From the NCBI RefSeq assembly GCF_009834535.1, contig NC_045696.1:5148001-5208000 (forward strand): DNA of 60,000 bases, read 5' to 3'. The stretch comes from Camelus ferus (taxonomy: Eukaryota). This document shows, piece after piece, positions 26,231 to 39,740 of this stretch. The position numbers were made by a program, and so were the translations under genes. Position 1 is the first letter of the stretch. Every line of letters begins with the position of its first letter. A model generated the notes under the pieces. The model saw only the letters and a program-made list of their open reading frames with translations. It had not been told where the DNA came from and did not search any database.

Positions 26231-29200
26231 ATGTGGGGGCCTGAGGGTTTCAGAAGGAGAGCAGTCTCGCCAGTGAGCCAGCCTTTGGGACTTGGCTTCG
26301 CAGAGTGACCCCAAGTGACCGTAAATGGCTAATGTTGGGAAAAGCAGTAGTTTGGTCTCTGCCTTGAGTATTCTGGGTGTGTGGGTGGGAGCTGCCAACT
26401 CTAAGACCTGCAGGGCCTGGCAGATCATGTAAATGAGCGAAGAGGAAGGGGAGGGAGGTGGAGGGAGGGGTGGAGACAGGGACAATTCAAGAGTCAGTGA
26501 CCATCTAGAGGAAGAGGACTCTAGCAGCTCCGCTGGCTGATCCCAAGTGGGGCCGAGGACGAGCGAGTTTCTCCAGAGAAGCAGAAATTTGGGTTTTAGA
26601 TGGAGACTCGTAGTTTTTGAGTGTTTGCTCGGATATTTGCAAACCATCGCGCGGGGCAAATAAAGCACATCTTTAGGTCGGGTCCACCCCGCTGCAGCCT
26701 GGGCTGTGGGTCTCGTCTGAAGGATCGCTTTTTCTTCGTAGCCCTGAAATACCCGCCTGTAGGCTTGGCTTCGTGCACCGGCCTATCCGTTCTTGTTGAC
26801 TCCAGTTTTATTTCTCTCTTTGTCCCCATTTTCTGAACCACCATACAGGTTCCATTTAAAAAATTTATCTTCTTTTTAAATTACCAAGGTCCCTTTGGGG
26901 TTTATGGCATACGGCCAAGCGGCAATGAGCTTTATAAATGCATAAAAATACATAAAATAAGAATTGTCTATCTGGCAACTAATCTTCCAAACCAAGCCAA
27001 GATCCCTGCCCACAGACAATAAAGAATGATGGCTTCATTTATTTCCATGCTGTCCCTCTCCTCGGGAAGGGGACGAGTCGTTACTTGTGGGGTGTTTGCA
27101 TTCAAGTACTGTTGGTTGTTGGCGTTTATTTGCAAGGCAGATGCAGAAAACGGAGGATAAATGCCATGGCTTTTTGTGGCTATGCAGCTTGAGGGCGAGG
27201 AAGGCCAGAGAGGAGAAAGGGTGCCCGCGAGCATGTTGTTTAGTCTCGCTGGGCTGCAGTTGCCCCATCTGTGAAATGGGCGTCCCATCAGCACCCGCCA
27301 TCGGGGTCTTGTGTGAGCTGTAGGTCGCCGGGTGCGGGCATCCCCAGCCTTAGTCGCTGCCTCCTTTACCTGTTGTCAGAGCTCCCACGGTGACTCCCAT
27401 GATGCTTGGCAGACGTGCTGCCGGCCCCCCCGTCTCCTTCCTTCTTTGGTTTATTTACCTTCCGTGGCCACGGATTGCTGGAGAGCATCCACCTCATTTG
27501 TGGGCCTCCCAGTCTGTCCTTCACGCTACCATCGGAGGCACGGGCCACACCCCCGCTGGCAGAGCATGATCCCCTGGGCCAAACGTCCGTCCTGCGCGCA
27601 GACCTTGACGTCATTAAAGTCTGCTTCCTTTGGATGGCGTGTCGTTCAACTCATATTGAAAAAAATGTGTGAGCGAGTCCCATGACATTGTTGCCTGGAT
27701 CCGTGGGAACAGAAAGATCACAGCTAAGTGAGATACAAAAGACTGTCTTAAGATTCTATTTAGACTAAAATGGTTTTCATCTTTAGGTCTGAGTAAGATT
27801 TTAAATCCGTGTGACTTCCAATGCCGACAGCCTTTGTTTTGTCCGCTCTAGAGGGCTGTATTATTATTGGACGTTTGATATGCTTTTAGAAAACTAGTTC
27901 GTCCTTCTGGAAGCCTTTGTTTTGCTCCTTTACAACAGAACGGAGTTTAGCACGAGACCCCAAGTCACAGTTTCCCGTCCTGCTGGCTGGAGGCTGTGCC
28001 CCGGCCAGCGGTCCCCTGAGCGGGGCTCTCACGCCAGTCTTACCTGCAGCTCCTTGTGTTCTGAGTGCTGTCAGCCGTCCAGATCTCTGGACTCCTTCTC
28101 CTCGCCATCAATTCTCCGTCTTCTGTGATCTTTTTTTTTTTCCTTCACAGTCTCACACTTCTAAATTCTCTGTGAATGGGGTTAAGTTAAATGAACTTGG
28201 CCAGTTTGTGACTTTGAAAAAATAGGAAATGTATCTTAGTTACCTCCGTATTTCTCTCCCGGAGTCTAGCAGACACCTGTCAGCAGGGTGAGTGCTCAAG
28301 AAATATTTTTAACTGACATAATGGTGCTGAACATAGACTCCTAACACTGTGTCTGATACATACTTGGTGCTTCATAAACGCTATTGAATAAATGAATGTA
28401 TCATGATTGTGATGGCAAGATTGGCCAATCGGTTCACATACTGCAATGGTTAGAAATTTTGAGGAAAATGCAAGAGTATCTTTAGGTCTATGCCCTCTTC
28501 CAGCCTAACTTGAAACAAAGGGATTTATTTTCTATTCTTGCTCTGAAGTTGAAAGGAAATCTCTTCCACAGATGGGGAAGAGCTCGCCATGAAATGTGGA
28601 CAGCTCGTACCAAGGCAGGCGTCAGAATCCAGCTTTAGATTTTTAACAACACCTGAATTTTGAATCAGCTGCCTTTCTAGGACTAGTGGATTTTAAATAC
28701 AATACCAGTCATGTGATTTGTTTTCTTCCCTAAGGCGAGACTCTTTCCGTCTTTAAAAACAAAAAACATAGTAAACAAACAAACAAAACTGTTCCCCTGA
28801 GAAATAGCTGGAAGGTTTAGCAGCTTCTTTTCCTCTTGGTCAAGGTGGCTCTGATGCTCTGATTCTCTGACGCCCGTCCCTCTCTCGGTTTCGGGGAGCA
28901 CCTGGAGCCAGTGTCTCACGTTCTTGGGTTACTGCTCCTTCTTTATTCATGACGCTTATCCTGTGCAGTCAAGCTGCCACTGCAGGGAGCTGCTTAAATC
29001 AATTTAAAGCTTCAAATACGCAACCTAATACAGCCTGGCCCCGCCAGCAACAGGAGAAGCACCTGCCCATGAGATCTCTGCACTTAGACCCTGGGACCCC
29101 AGCCTTAAACACCTGCACCTCAGCCCGCAGCCCCACCACCATGAACGTGGCTGAGGTGTTCCAGCTGGAAGTGGCCACCGCCTGCCGCCAACTTGCTGCT

Positions 29201-30710
29201 TCTCTGAACAACCAGTTATGCAAAGCAGTTTGGAATTTTAATTTTAGGATCCAGTCGTCCCATGCCTCATGCTCTTCTGGGTGTGTGTGTTTAACAGAAG
29301 AGAAGAGAGAGGAGTGAGAGGCAGCCCCCCTCCCCCACCGAAGGCCCAGCGGACCTCTGCTCAGGTCACACCCCCACAAAGGCTGGCCTTGCTCTCAGCT
29401 GTCCTCGTGACGTGCTCTTCTCCCCTCGAAGCCTGCGTGGCTCTCCTGTTGGCTCATGAATCAGAATGATCCACAGAGCTTCACTGCCAAGCGACCCCCT
29501 CCCCTACCTGCATCTCCCTCACCACCTGAGGACTTGAGCTCCGCTCCTGGCAGGTAAACGGGTGCAGGGCTCCCACCTCAGGACCCAAGTGTCACACCCC
29601 TTCCCTTCAAGCAAGAATATTCCTTCTTTCTTTTTCTCCTTGGGTCGGGGGCTGCCCCCACCCCCATGAGGGGCTTACATCCTCCTTCTCTTCTTGGCAC
29701 ATCGTTAAAATTCAATTTTGAAATTTCTGTCATGAATGTGATTCCAAGAGCTACGGCAAGGGTCTCATGTGCAACTATCTTGGATGCCTGCACACACAGT
29801 CACGCACACACACGCATGCGCGCACACCGCACGCTGCTGTGTTCCCCTGGCCTCCGCCTTCTAGACACGGCCCTGCTCCTCCCCCCACACCGTCCCTGCT
29901 CCCCTCGCCCTCAGTGTGCGCTTCCTGGCGCCCATTCCAGGACTGGCCCTGCTGTCAGAGCCGGGGAGTCAACAGTAGGCAAAATTCACAAAGACCCCAC
30001 TTGGAAGGAGCTTATATTCCTGGGGGGTGCCAGACACTAACCCAGTAAACAGGTAATATTGTTTCAGATCATGGTCGGTGCTGGGAAGAGAAGTAAACCG
30101 AGGAGGGGGATGAAGTCTGGCAGGAGGCGTTTTGGAGACGGGAGTGGAGACAGGAGTGATCGGCAGTCAGTCGCGGGGGGCGGGGGGAGGGGAGCCCCTG
30201 AGGGCCAGTGGTCCAGGCCAAGGGAGGAGCGGAGAGAAAGGCGGATAGTAATGAACTTGGCATCCCCATCACAGAAGGGGAGTTCCCTCTGAGCTGCCAA
30301 AAGTGAAACTTTCTAACAGTCCCACCTAAAGTTAGAAGTTAAACTTAGAAGGACCTGGGGCCATGAAGCGCCTTTGAATATTGCTATTCACGCAGCTCTA
30401 GGTCGACCTAAACATTTGAATGTGCCCATTCCAGCTGGCTTCCTGCTAGAAAACCAAGCCTCCCCGATGCGCGTTGGCAATTTTGTCTTCTTAAGGACCC
30501 GTCTGTAATTTTAGTCTGTTCTTTGTCGATGTCCCTCAGACACATAAAGCGATGGCAGGACTTGTTCCGAGGGTCCCAGGCTTGGAACTGTCAGCCCGCC
30601 TGCCTGTCGCCCCCGCCTGCTTACAGCCCCGAAGCCCCGAGCCGACTTCGTGCTCCCGCTGTTTTATTGCTGCAGCCCCAGCTACACAGAGATTTGCTCT
30701 CTCATTCTCT

Positions 30711-30963
30711 TTTTTAAAAATATTTTTATTGAAGTATAGTCAGTTTACAATGTTGTATCAATTTCTGGTGTACAGCACAGTACTTCAGTCATATAGGGAC
30801 GTACATTTATTCGTTTTCGTGTGCTTTTTAACCATAAGTTACTATAAGATATTGAATATAGCTCCCTGTGCTACACAGTATAAACTCATTGTTTATCTAG
30901 TTTATACATAGTAGTTAGTGTCTGCAAACCTCAAACCCCCAGTTCCTCCCTTCCCACCCCCAC
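30711..30963 (-). mobile_element. L1 3' UTR fragment, antisense to DSCAM
   Basis: tttttattgaagtatagtcagtttacaatg...cccttcccaccccc is the reverse complement of the L1 3' end at 13160-13400; possible TSD ctctcattc/ctttcattc. Confidence 0.9.
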
Positions 30964-31713
30964 CTTTCATTCCGACCGCCTTGGCTCTGGCTTCTGAGCC
31001 TGTAGGTGGCTTGCTGTTTCCCTCGGTTGATGTATCAAGGTTCAGCTCCCATTGCTGCAGAAGGTGGTGGAAGGTGAGGAGGGGGCCTGGGCCGTGACGA
31101 AGGGCAGGATGGCCACCTGTGTCCTGCTGTGTGACCAGAAGGCAGCTCTGCACTCCAGGGCGGCGTACGGATGCCCAGCAGAGGCTCACCGCCTGCCTGC
31201 AAGTGCGCTGCGTCTCCAGATGCCCCGTCCAAACACGAGTGTAATACACCCACTTACTCAACCCACCTCTAGCGAGTATCTTCTCTGTAAAAGATGCCAC
31301 TCCAGGTATCACCCTAAGACATCAGAGGCATTAAGCCACCCCCTCTAGCAGGCTCCTTATTTTAACCAGAATAGCATGTAGTGCCATAGACAGAAGACAA
31401 AGGGTCCCAAAGACACAAGACAGAAAACCGAGGAGGTCCGAGAAACAAGACAAAGCCCAGCTTATGGAAGACAGGGGCTCCTCCCCCCCCCCCCCCCGCC
31501 ACAGCCTGGTGGGATGTCACGGTAAGCCGGAGCAACCTGAAGGTCCTGAGAAGGTACAGAAGGAAGGAAGTAGAGCGCAGAGGGCAGCCTCTCACCGCGG
31601 TCCCGTGTGGGTGCGGCTGGCGCCAAGCTCCAGTGCGTCCTGCTCCCAGGCGGGGACGCAGCAAACCGGGATTCAAGCAATGTAGTCCAGCCCCTCGTGT
31701 TGAAGTCCCTTCT

Positions 31714-31806
31714 GTGGGGTGCAGCTCAGTGGCAGAGCGCATGCTTGGCACGCACAAGGTCCTGGGTTCAATCCCCAGTCCCTTCATTAAAAAAAGTTTT
31801 TTAAAA
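31714..31806 (+). mobile_element. tRNA-Ala-derived SINE (vic-1-like, camelid)
   Basis: GGGGTGCAGCTCAGTGGCAGAGCGCATGCTTGGCACGCACAAGGTCCTGGGTTCAATCCCCAG plus A tail; A and B boxes present, acceptor stem broken. Confidence 0.85.
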
Positions 31807-33386
31807 TTCCTTCCTTGCCTACCCACTGCTTTCTGGGTAGAGACCTCGGGGGCTCTTGGTAGGCCAGCTTCGTCCTCCTCGACATCTGATCCCTGCTCTC
31901 CGAGCTCCGACTCTCTGGCCTCCTAAACATTGATTTCCCCTGCCTGGAATCCTCTCTCCAGCTCCCTCAGGCCTCCTGTGGGGTGACACGCAGGGTGATC
32001 GAGATGGGGCTGCCAGCCTCGTGGCTGAGCAGGTACAAGTCCCCCCAGGGGTCCTCCTCGGGGGCACCCAGTGTGTGGGTCCCGGGGCATCTCACGTGGG
32101 AGCTGGAGCTGGCTTTGAACCTCATGGACCCTTACCCACGAGGAGCTCCGAAATCCCCGCTGGCGAGTTCTCCACTTGCCCACGTTCTGAGCAGATTTTC
32201 CAATCCCACTTTTTATTCAGAAAGACTCAATTTCAGAAGAATGGGGAGCACACCAAGCACAAAGGCCTGCTGCATACCTCAGTGTAGTTTTCAAAGTTCA
32301 CCAGCGAGGGAGGGGGAGGATCACACCAACGAGCTCTTAAAATGCACGCAGTCTCCCTGGGACGAGCCAAGAGCCGTAACTGAGCCCGCGGACACGGACC
32401 TCGATATCCATCTCACATCACTTATTTAGAGTTTTTCCTGGGGGCCATTTGGGAGTGAAGATGCATTTACCGAGAGAGTTCTGTTTACAGGTTTTCATTA
32501 CCAAGCTGCAACATTAATATTAAACTGGGAAAGTGTTAGATCCTGTCAGCCTCCGGCGTGGGCGGACGCCACGCTCCCCTCTGTGACGGGCTCTTTGATA
32601 CTGTAGTGTCTTTGCCAGTCTGATCTCTGTGGTTTTTATGGAAATTGCTAGAACTCGAGGAAGCATCCTTGGCTTCTCACTTTTGCATCAGTATCCAGCT
32701 CCATCCAAGCAGAGATCGCAGACCTTGTTAGAAGTTGATGAAAGTTCTTTTTGATGTGTCCCCGGAGGAGACGGAAGCCCATGGGGACGCTGCTGCATTT
32801 CCACTCTGCACGACGTTTTGTGAACGCATGCACCTGTCTGCACGGTTGCTGACTAACCAGGAATTGCACCGCAGGGGGGAGGCTGCTGCCATGCCCCCTG
32901 GGACTTTAGGCTCCCAGAAATGCATTTGTTCATTCTTTACTTAACCCCATTCCGAACGCAGAGGTGCCTGACCTGTTCTCACAAACCAGATAGTTCAGTG
33001 CCTAACAAAAATTCTTTTAGGCTTAAAGGCTTTCGCTGGAAATCATCATGCCTGTTTCCCTTGACTAGAGATGAGAACTGAAACGCGAAGGGGTCACGGA
33101 ACTCCTGGAGGCAGAGGGAGGCAAAGCTCAGCCGTCTCCCACCCGTGCCCCTCCCGTTGCTCTAAGCTCCCACCTCGTCAGGTAAGGCCAGGCTCGGACC
33201 TTCTAACTGCTGCTCCATCGGGCCGGTCCCTTACTTTCTCCCCTAAAGAACTGGGGCCGTAATTCCTTGTGGTCTAGAAGAGGCAGAGGGGTACTGTTCC
33301 TTCTTCTAATTGAACCTGACACTTTTCAAGGAAAATTAAAGTGAAATAAAGATCCACTTGGAGTTAGGAACTTGGATCATCTAAAC

Positions 33387-33610
33387 CAGGTTTTCTCAAC
33401 AGGAGCGCCATTAATATTCAGGATGGGGTGATTCTTTTGGGCAATGGTGGTGCGGGGCTGGCCTGTGCCTTGTGTGATGTTGACCAGTGGACCCCTGGCC
33501 TCTGTCTAGAAGACAGTAGCAGCCGTCTCACCAACCCTGACATCCAAAGAAGCCTTCAGACATGGCCACGTGCCCCCTGGGGGGCAAAATTGCTCTCAGC
33601 TGAGACTATT
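33387..33610. mobile_element. MER3-like hAT MITE
   Basis: caggttttctcaac...cagacatggccacgtgccccctggggggcaaaattgc...tgagactatt; flanked by atctaaac/tctagac (hAT-style TSD). Confidence 0.75.
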
Positions 33611-34239
33611 CTAGACCGAAGACTTTCTTTCCCCAGTGGCAGGTGGCAGAGCCTGAGCCAGACTCAGGGAATGTGCATCTACGACAGGCTTTCTGAACTG
33701 ACCCATTCTCATTCTGTCTCAGTGTTGACTTTGCCAGTCTTCTTCCGAAGCTAAAACTCATTCAAGCCTTGCATGTGGGTCTGAATAGACTGAGAAAGTT
33801 CAGGACATTTTGCTTTCCTGATAGGAAGGAGGAGCCTCCTGGTTTTCAGCTAAAAAGAGGCATGTTTGATACAGCAGTTTTCACATAAGCAGGCTGAGCA
33901 GGGCTGGAAGGCCCCCTGCCGGAGAGCGGCTAGCTCTGAGCGTGGACGTGGGATGGCCGGGGTATCCGTGCTGGTTCAGGGCCGGAGGCCAGGCACCAGT
34001 GAGCAAAGCGGTTAGGGACAAAGGGAGAAATCGATGCTGACTTCAGTCTGAATTTTGGGGGATATTAATGGCACCGAAAGTTCCCAGAAGGCAGTGACAG
34101 GAGGATGAGAAATGGACCATTACGTCAAATAATAAGGCATAACATGGAAATAGCTAAATCACCTGTCACCCTTCCAGGCATGAGTCAGAGCGGGGCCTGG
34201 GCTCTGGCAGGCTGTGGCGAAGGGTGCGACTTGCGGGCT

Positions 34240-34573
34240 GGGGAGGCACGCTCTCCAGAAATTCTAGGAAGAACCCCTTCCTGTCTTCTGCTGGCTCTGA
34301 TGGGCCTTGGCTCGTGGCCACATCCCTCCAACCTCTGCCTCCACCCCACGTGGCCTCCTCCCCTCTTTGTGTCTCAAATCTCCCTCTGCTTTTTAAAGAA
34401 TAGGGGCACTTGCCATTGGACTCAGAGCCCACCTTCAATTCAGGTGATCTCATCTCAAGATCCTTCACTTAATTACATCTACAAAGACCCTTTCTCCAAA
34501 TAAGGTCACGTTCACAGATTCTGAGGGTCAGGATATGGACCTATTTTGGTGGGGGGCACTAATCAACCCATAA
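34240..34573 (-). mobile_element. MaLR LTR (MLT1C-like), partial
   Basis: ctcaagatccttcacttaattacatctacaaagaccctttctccaaataaggtcacgttcacagattctgagggtcaggatatggac. Confidence 0.8.
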
Positions 34574-37104
34574 AAGACAGAAATTAAGGTCAAAAGAAAA
34601 GTTCCCAGCTCATTCCCATAACTGCAGACCCACTGACATGCTAGACGTCCGCCGGTGAGACTTCCACGTGCGTCTGATAACTAAGGCCTCACCTCCGCCC
34701 TCCGCGGTGGGCTCCGGTCTTAGTCCCACTTTATGAATAAGGAAACCGAGCCCAGACTTACACCAGTCAGATGCAGTGCGGCGGTGTCGTCCGGACTCCT
34801 CTTAGTCATCACTGTCAGAAGCATTGTTCAGCCTCTCCCGTGAAAAATAGGCAGATGCGGGGCAGGGAGGGTGAGAAAAGCCCGTGCGCCCTGTGTCTGC
34901 CTGTTCAGGCGGGAGAGATTGTCACCGCAGTGTCTCACTTCAGTTCTCTGTCCGGCGTCACCCGGGCACGGCTGTCTCGGCGTCTGTAGACGTCAAAGAA
35001 CACACGATAGACAGACGATTTGAGAATCCAGCCTCCGCACTGGCACTGGGAGTAGCACAAAGGATCGGGGTTTAATGGCCATAAAATGCCTCTACTGAAC
35101 AGCACTCCCCACCGACTGTTCCGGCGCTTTCTCCCGCCTGAGTGCGTGAATTATTAAGGGAGCTCGCTTGCAGAATTCACACACTTGAAAGGGCTACTTT
35201 GGGCGCCAATCAAAAAACATACACTGTTGAAAGGAGCTAATTAGAGCCTCATACGACTTAATAAAGCTTTGCGTGAAAAAGCGGATCTCTCAGAGACACT
35301 GAGTATTCGGGGTGCTGGGCAGACGTGCCACAAGCAAACGTGGACGCCCTTGGGTGTAAAGACGTGGTGCCGAGCTTCTCTCCATGATTAAGGATTTCCA
35401 GCTCTCACCGAGCTTTCCCAGCTGCCGGCACCACCTCGATCACTCGGTGTGAAGTGAGAGCCCCTGCAGGCAGCGGGCAGCCCGCGTGGGCTCCAGTGGT
35501 GCAGGAGAACCACAAACACCTTTGTTCCATCCAGTCTAACACCTGAGCATCCTGCAAGGCAGCTGAGGCCAAGATGCTGTTGCCTTTTCGGGGCTTAATA
35601 AGCCCTGTTCGTTCAGTGGGGAGTTGCTGGGCTAGACTCCTTCCTAAATCTGTGGATTACAGACAGGTCAAGTGCTCGGGGTTCAGCTGAGTCTCAGAAG
35701 CAGCATATGGCTCTCCGGGCTCTCTTGACCTATATTTTAAAATAACCCTGGAGATAAATGCCTTCCACATTTTCTCAATCATTTGGACAAAATGATTTAA
35801 AAAATAATATTAGTTATGTAAATAAATAAAGAGCAAATTAATTTGTTTATTGGACTTAGACTAAAGACAGATCATCGCTTTTAGGAAATTGGATTTATAA
35901 AAATCCACAAATTTCAAAATCAGTAAGTTAGGATGTAATAGATTCATATACAAAAAATATTCTTCACACTATGAAAGAATTTTTCAGTTTATTTTTAATG
36001 ACATCTCTGTTAATGCTTTCATGATATTTGTTTGTAAACAATTACCCCTCGAGAGGGAAGGTTGAAGAATGTACATCACTCCCATAAACAAAGACACGTA
36101 ATTTTCAATGCCGTCATGAAGTGCTTTAGGGACATAAGGTTTTGCTTTTAAATATTAAATACTTTTACTTCTCAAGACTAAAGCTAATACACAAAGCAAG
36201 CATACGCAGACCTTCAACCCTGGAGTCTGTAATGATAACCTTAATGCCACCATCCTTCCTAAGCCGAAGTCCAGCTATATCACATTGCCAAAACCCATTT
36301 CACAGTAATGCCAAGTCACATCATTTCTTTCTCTAAGAGTGTTACAGCCAAATTATTGCCAAGGAATTTGTTACTGGGTTTTCCTTTGATCCAGTTCACT
36401 GTATGAAGCCACCGTTGAGTCAGAGTATCTGTGATTTCAGTGAGCCAAATCCCAGACGTTGCTGGGGCCCTTTTAGTGAAATAACATGCAAAAAAAATTA
36501 ATAAAATCCTATAATTACTCACTATCGCTTGGTGGGTTACAGACATTCTGAGAAAGCCAACAGGAAAATGCTAAGTGGATTCTTGCATCGTAAATCCCCA
36601 GTGACATCGCAGTGGGATGCAAGGACGCAGACGTCAGCTTGGTAAATTTCCCCAAAATGAAGTCATCGTTCCTCGTACCCTGGGAGGAGAATAAATCTGA
36701 AGAGAAGTCAAGCATTTTGAAGATTCTTGTGCTCATTCAAACTGTGCGTGTGCATTTTTTCAGTAGTTTCTCAGCCTGTCTTGCTTTTGTTTCTGGTTTT
36801 CCTGTACCACTGAGCAGTCTCTCCCTTCTGTTTAAATGGTTATTCCCATTCCATGAGTCAGCTTGAATTTTCAGAAGCTCTGGGGTTTCAGTTACTGTCT
36901 GAACTTCACTACTTTGTTAGCACAGCCAGCCACGGGCAGCCCTGCCCGGCACAGGAGGGCCCTTGTCCCCCACAAAAGGCCCGGCTGAGGCAGGCGTGAG
37001 CAACAGTGAGGAAAGCAGGGAACATTCTGAAGCAAAGGAACCTGGAATTGCCAGTTATTCTAGAGTCAGAAAGTGAAGGAATGAGTTCTGCCTTAGACAC
37101 GTTA

Positions 37105-37450
37105 TTAAGCCTGACGTGCCCACTGGATAGCTCCTCTGGGGTGTCCCCACCCACGTCTAACTCAGCATGTCCGAACCATTCTCTTTTTCCACCAAAACAA
37201 GATCTTTCTCCTGGCAGTGCTTCGTAGGGAATGAACAGTCCATCCAGTTCCCTAAGCTTGAAACCTGGCAGGGAGTCGTCCCTGCCCCTCCCTCCCTTCC
37301 CCCGGCCCTGCTTGTCCTCAGTTCTGCGGCCAGTGCCCTGCGCCTCCTCCGCCCTCACGGTTTCCCTCCCTCTCACTTCCCGTGGACGTCCTCCCAGCTC
37401 AGACCGTCGTCCTGGCTCCCCTGCCTGCACATCCTCCTACCTCGGCTCTT
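37105..37450 (+). mobile_element. L2 LINE fragment
   Basis: ctggatagctcctctggggtgtccccacccacgtctaactcagcatgtccgaacc resembles sense L2. Confidence 0.55.
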
Positions 37451-37769
37451 GACTCCGGGACTGTAAGCCCCCAACCTGTTTTCTCACCACAGCTGCTCAC
37501 CAACTATGCCACAAGGGAGGGACAGGTGAGCCAAGGTGGTGAGGCTCTCAGCCCCCACCATGACCAGGAAGATCCCCCTGCGTTCACCCCAGCGTGCTGC
37601 ACAAATACCCCTTGTCTGCATGCATCTCGAAGTGAGGCCGGTGGGATGCACTGGGCTGCGGGATGATCACAGTCTATTCCAAAAGTGCCCGAGGGTCGGA
37701 TCCAGGCTTCAGTCCACCTCAAACCTGGGGGATGTCGTTTGCAACCTGTGTCCAGCAGCTGGGCCCTGA

Positions 37770-38430
37770 TTGCACTCATGCATTACGGGGGGCTGATGAG
37801 ATGTGTTAAAGCCTTGAACCAGGGTCATAAAGATGGTAACGAAAAGGAATCAAGAGATATTTTGCAAGTACAAGTAACCTGGAGAGGGAGGTGTCAGTGA
37901 GAGCACTGAGGATTCAAGTATTAATTTCTGGGAAGATGAGGATGGCTTTTTAAAAGATAGGGAGAAAAAGGCACTTGGGGATGAGTTTGGGAGTCTGGGT
38001 AGGCCTTCATTAACTGGGTTGGTAGACTGTGGCATTTAAAATTCATGATGGGCATTCATGTAGAAATATCTAGCAAAGCATCTGAAATTCAAGTCTAGGG
38101 CTCAGGAGAGAGAGCAAAATGGAAAAGATGGATATGAGAGCTATTCGTAATGGGATGATGCAGCTCCTGGAGGGCTGAGCACAGGCTACTGGGAAAACCC
38201 TGTCTTAGAGGATGGATGGAGGAGAAAACCCTGTCTTAGAGGATGGATGGAGGGCAGGGTCCAGGAAAGGAGAGTGACAGGTGGCAGTCAGAGATGTAGG
38301 AAGAGATGTGGGAGCGCACAGTGCCGTGGAAGCTGGAGGCCCAAGAACAAAAGATCAACGGCGTGAAATGTCGGGGCTACAAGTTGGTGAGGACCAAGAA
38401 GAAACCACTGAATGTGACAATTAGAGGTCA
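37770..38430 (-). mobile_element. L2 LINE fragment
   Basis: gcattcatgtagaaatatctagcaaagcatctgaaattcaagtctagggctcaggagagag resembles antisense L2. Confidence 0.55.
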
Positions 38431-38652
38431 TAGTTGAATCAGGACAGAATTACGCTATTTTACCTTTGCAAACATTGTGCCCTGTGCTTTCTGATGGCAT
38501 GATACTTTATTAACAAGCCCTAATTATAGATATAAATTAGTGAATATAGCATAGAAAGTGTTATGAGTGTAAGTAAAGGTGATGTAATCATTAAAAAAGA
38601 AGTCATAGTTGAACTTCAAAAGAACAGTTTCAGTAGTTGATGGTGATGGCAG

Positions 38653-39740
38653 CTGTGCCAGTTGATTTTCCAAGAAGCAGATGCCAAGACAGATCAGCTC
38701 TGCAGGGGATTGGGGGTGGGGGCAGATTCTTGTGCAGAATAAAGAAAGAGGTAGCAGTGTTACTGAACTCAGGTTCTGCTGCTTTTTGTTCAAGAATCCC
38801 ACACTGAGAGACAAGTATTAGGTTAAAGGAAAGACAGCTTTACTGAGGAAGCTGACAGTCCTGGGAAGAAGGTGGACTCATGTCCCAAAGAACCAGCTCC
38901 CCCTTCTCCAGCTTTTGCTGGGAGATTCTGTAGGGAAAAGAGGAAGGGGCTCTGTGCTGAGGAGAGGGTCTGGGGTCTGTGATCAGCTGGTGGACAGTCT
39001 TCTGATCGGCTGCTGGTGAGGTACTTGGGAGTCAGCAGCATCAACATTCTGTTTCCACCTGGTCTGGAGTCTACATGCTGGTGGGCAGCATACAGTTAAC
39101 TTCCACCTGGTGTGGGTTTTAGTATCTGGAAAACAGCTCAAAGATATGGCCCAGAATATTATCTATATCCTTGAGGAGAAGCTAAAGGCCCTTCACTTTT
39201 GTTTAATGACTAAACTATTCTTATTTTGTCTTGCTTGCCTATTTTCCTTCCTTTCTGCATTTTCTTATTTTTCTGATTAAATCTGTCCTTTGGAACTCAG
39301 GGAAGGCCTAGAAGGCTGAAGTTTTTCTATAAACAAGAGGCAGGCAGAGGACACAGTGGGGAGGGGGGCAGTCTGTCCCAGGAAGGCCCCACAGGGTTCA
39401 GCTTAGTTACAGCAGGAGCAGGCAAGGAGGGCCCACAGACCATGACACAAGGTGTGACACCTGCGAGAGGAGAAAGGGAGGGAAGGAGTGGGCAGGGGGA
39501 CCCTCAGCGGCAAGACCCTGCTGAGGAGGCTGCAGCCTGCGGCTGGGATGATGGAGATGCCCTGAGCAAATCCCTCATGGAGAAATCCTGCACCGGGTGG
39601 GGGACGGGCATCAGGAGACCCTGTCATGTCAGGTAGTGCAGGGAGCAGCCCCGAGGACAGATAGCCTCGGCGTCCGGGGCCACAGCTGGAGTCTGCTCGC
39701 CAGCCTCTCACCCCACAGTGAGTTCTCCTGAAGAGGGTGC
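38653..39740 (-). mobile_element. Older ERV-L-type LTR split by the ERV1 solo LTR
   Basis: ttttccaagaagcagatgccaagacag... on the left continues as gagcaggcaaggagggcccacagaccatgacacaagg... on the right. Confidence 0.5.
38758..39411 (-). mobile_element. Solo LTR, ERV1-like, 654 bp
   Basis: Termini tgttac...gttaca; perfect 4-bp TSD GCAG at 38754-38757 and 39412-39415. Confidence 0.88.

Noticed and set aside
31714..31786. Apparent tRNA-Ala gene
   Set aside because: Mispaired acceptor and anticodon stems, GGC at the anticodon position and an A tail indicate a SINE.
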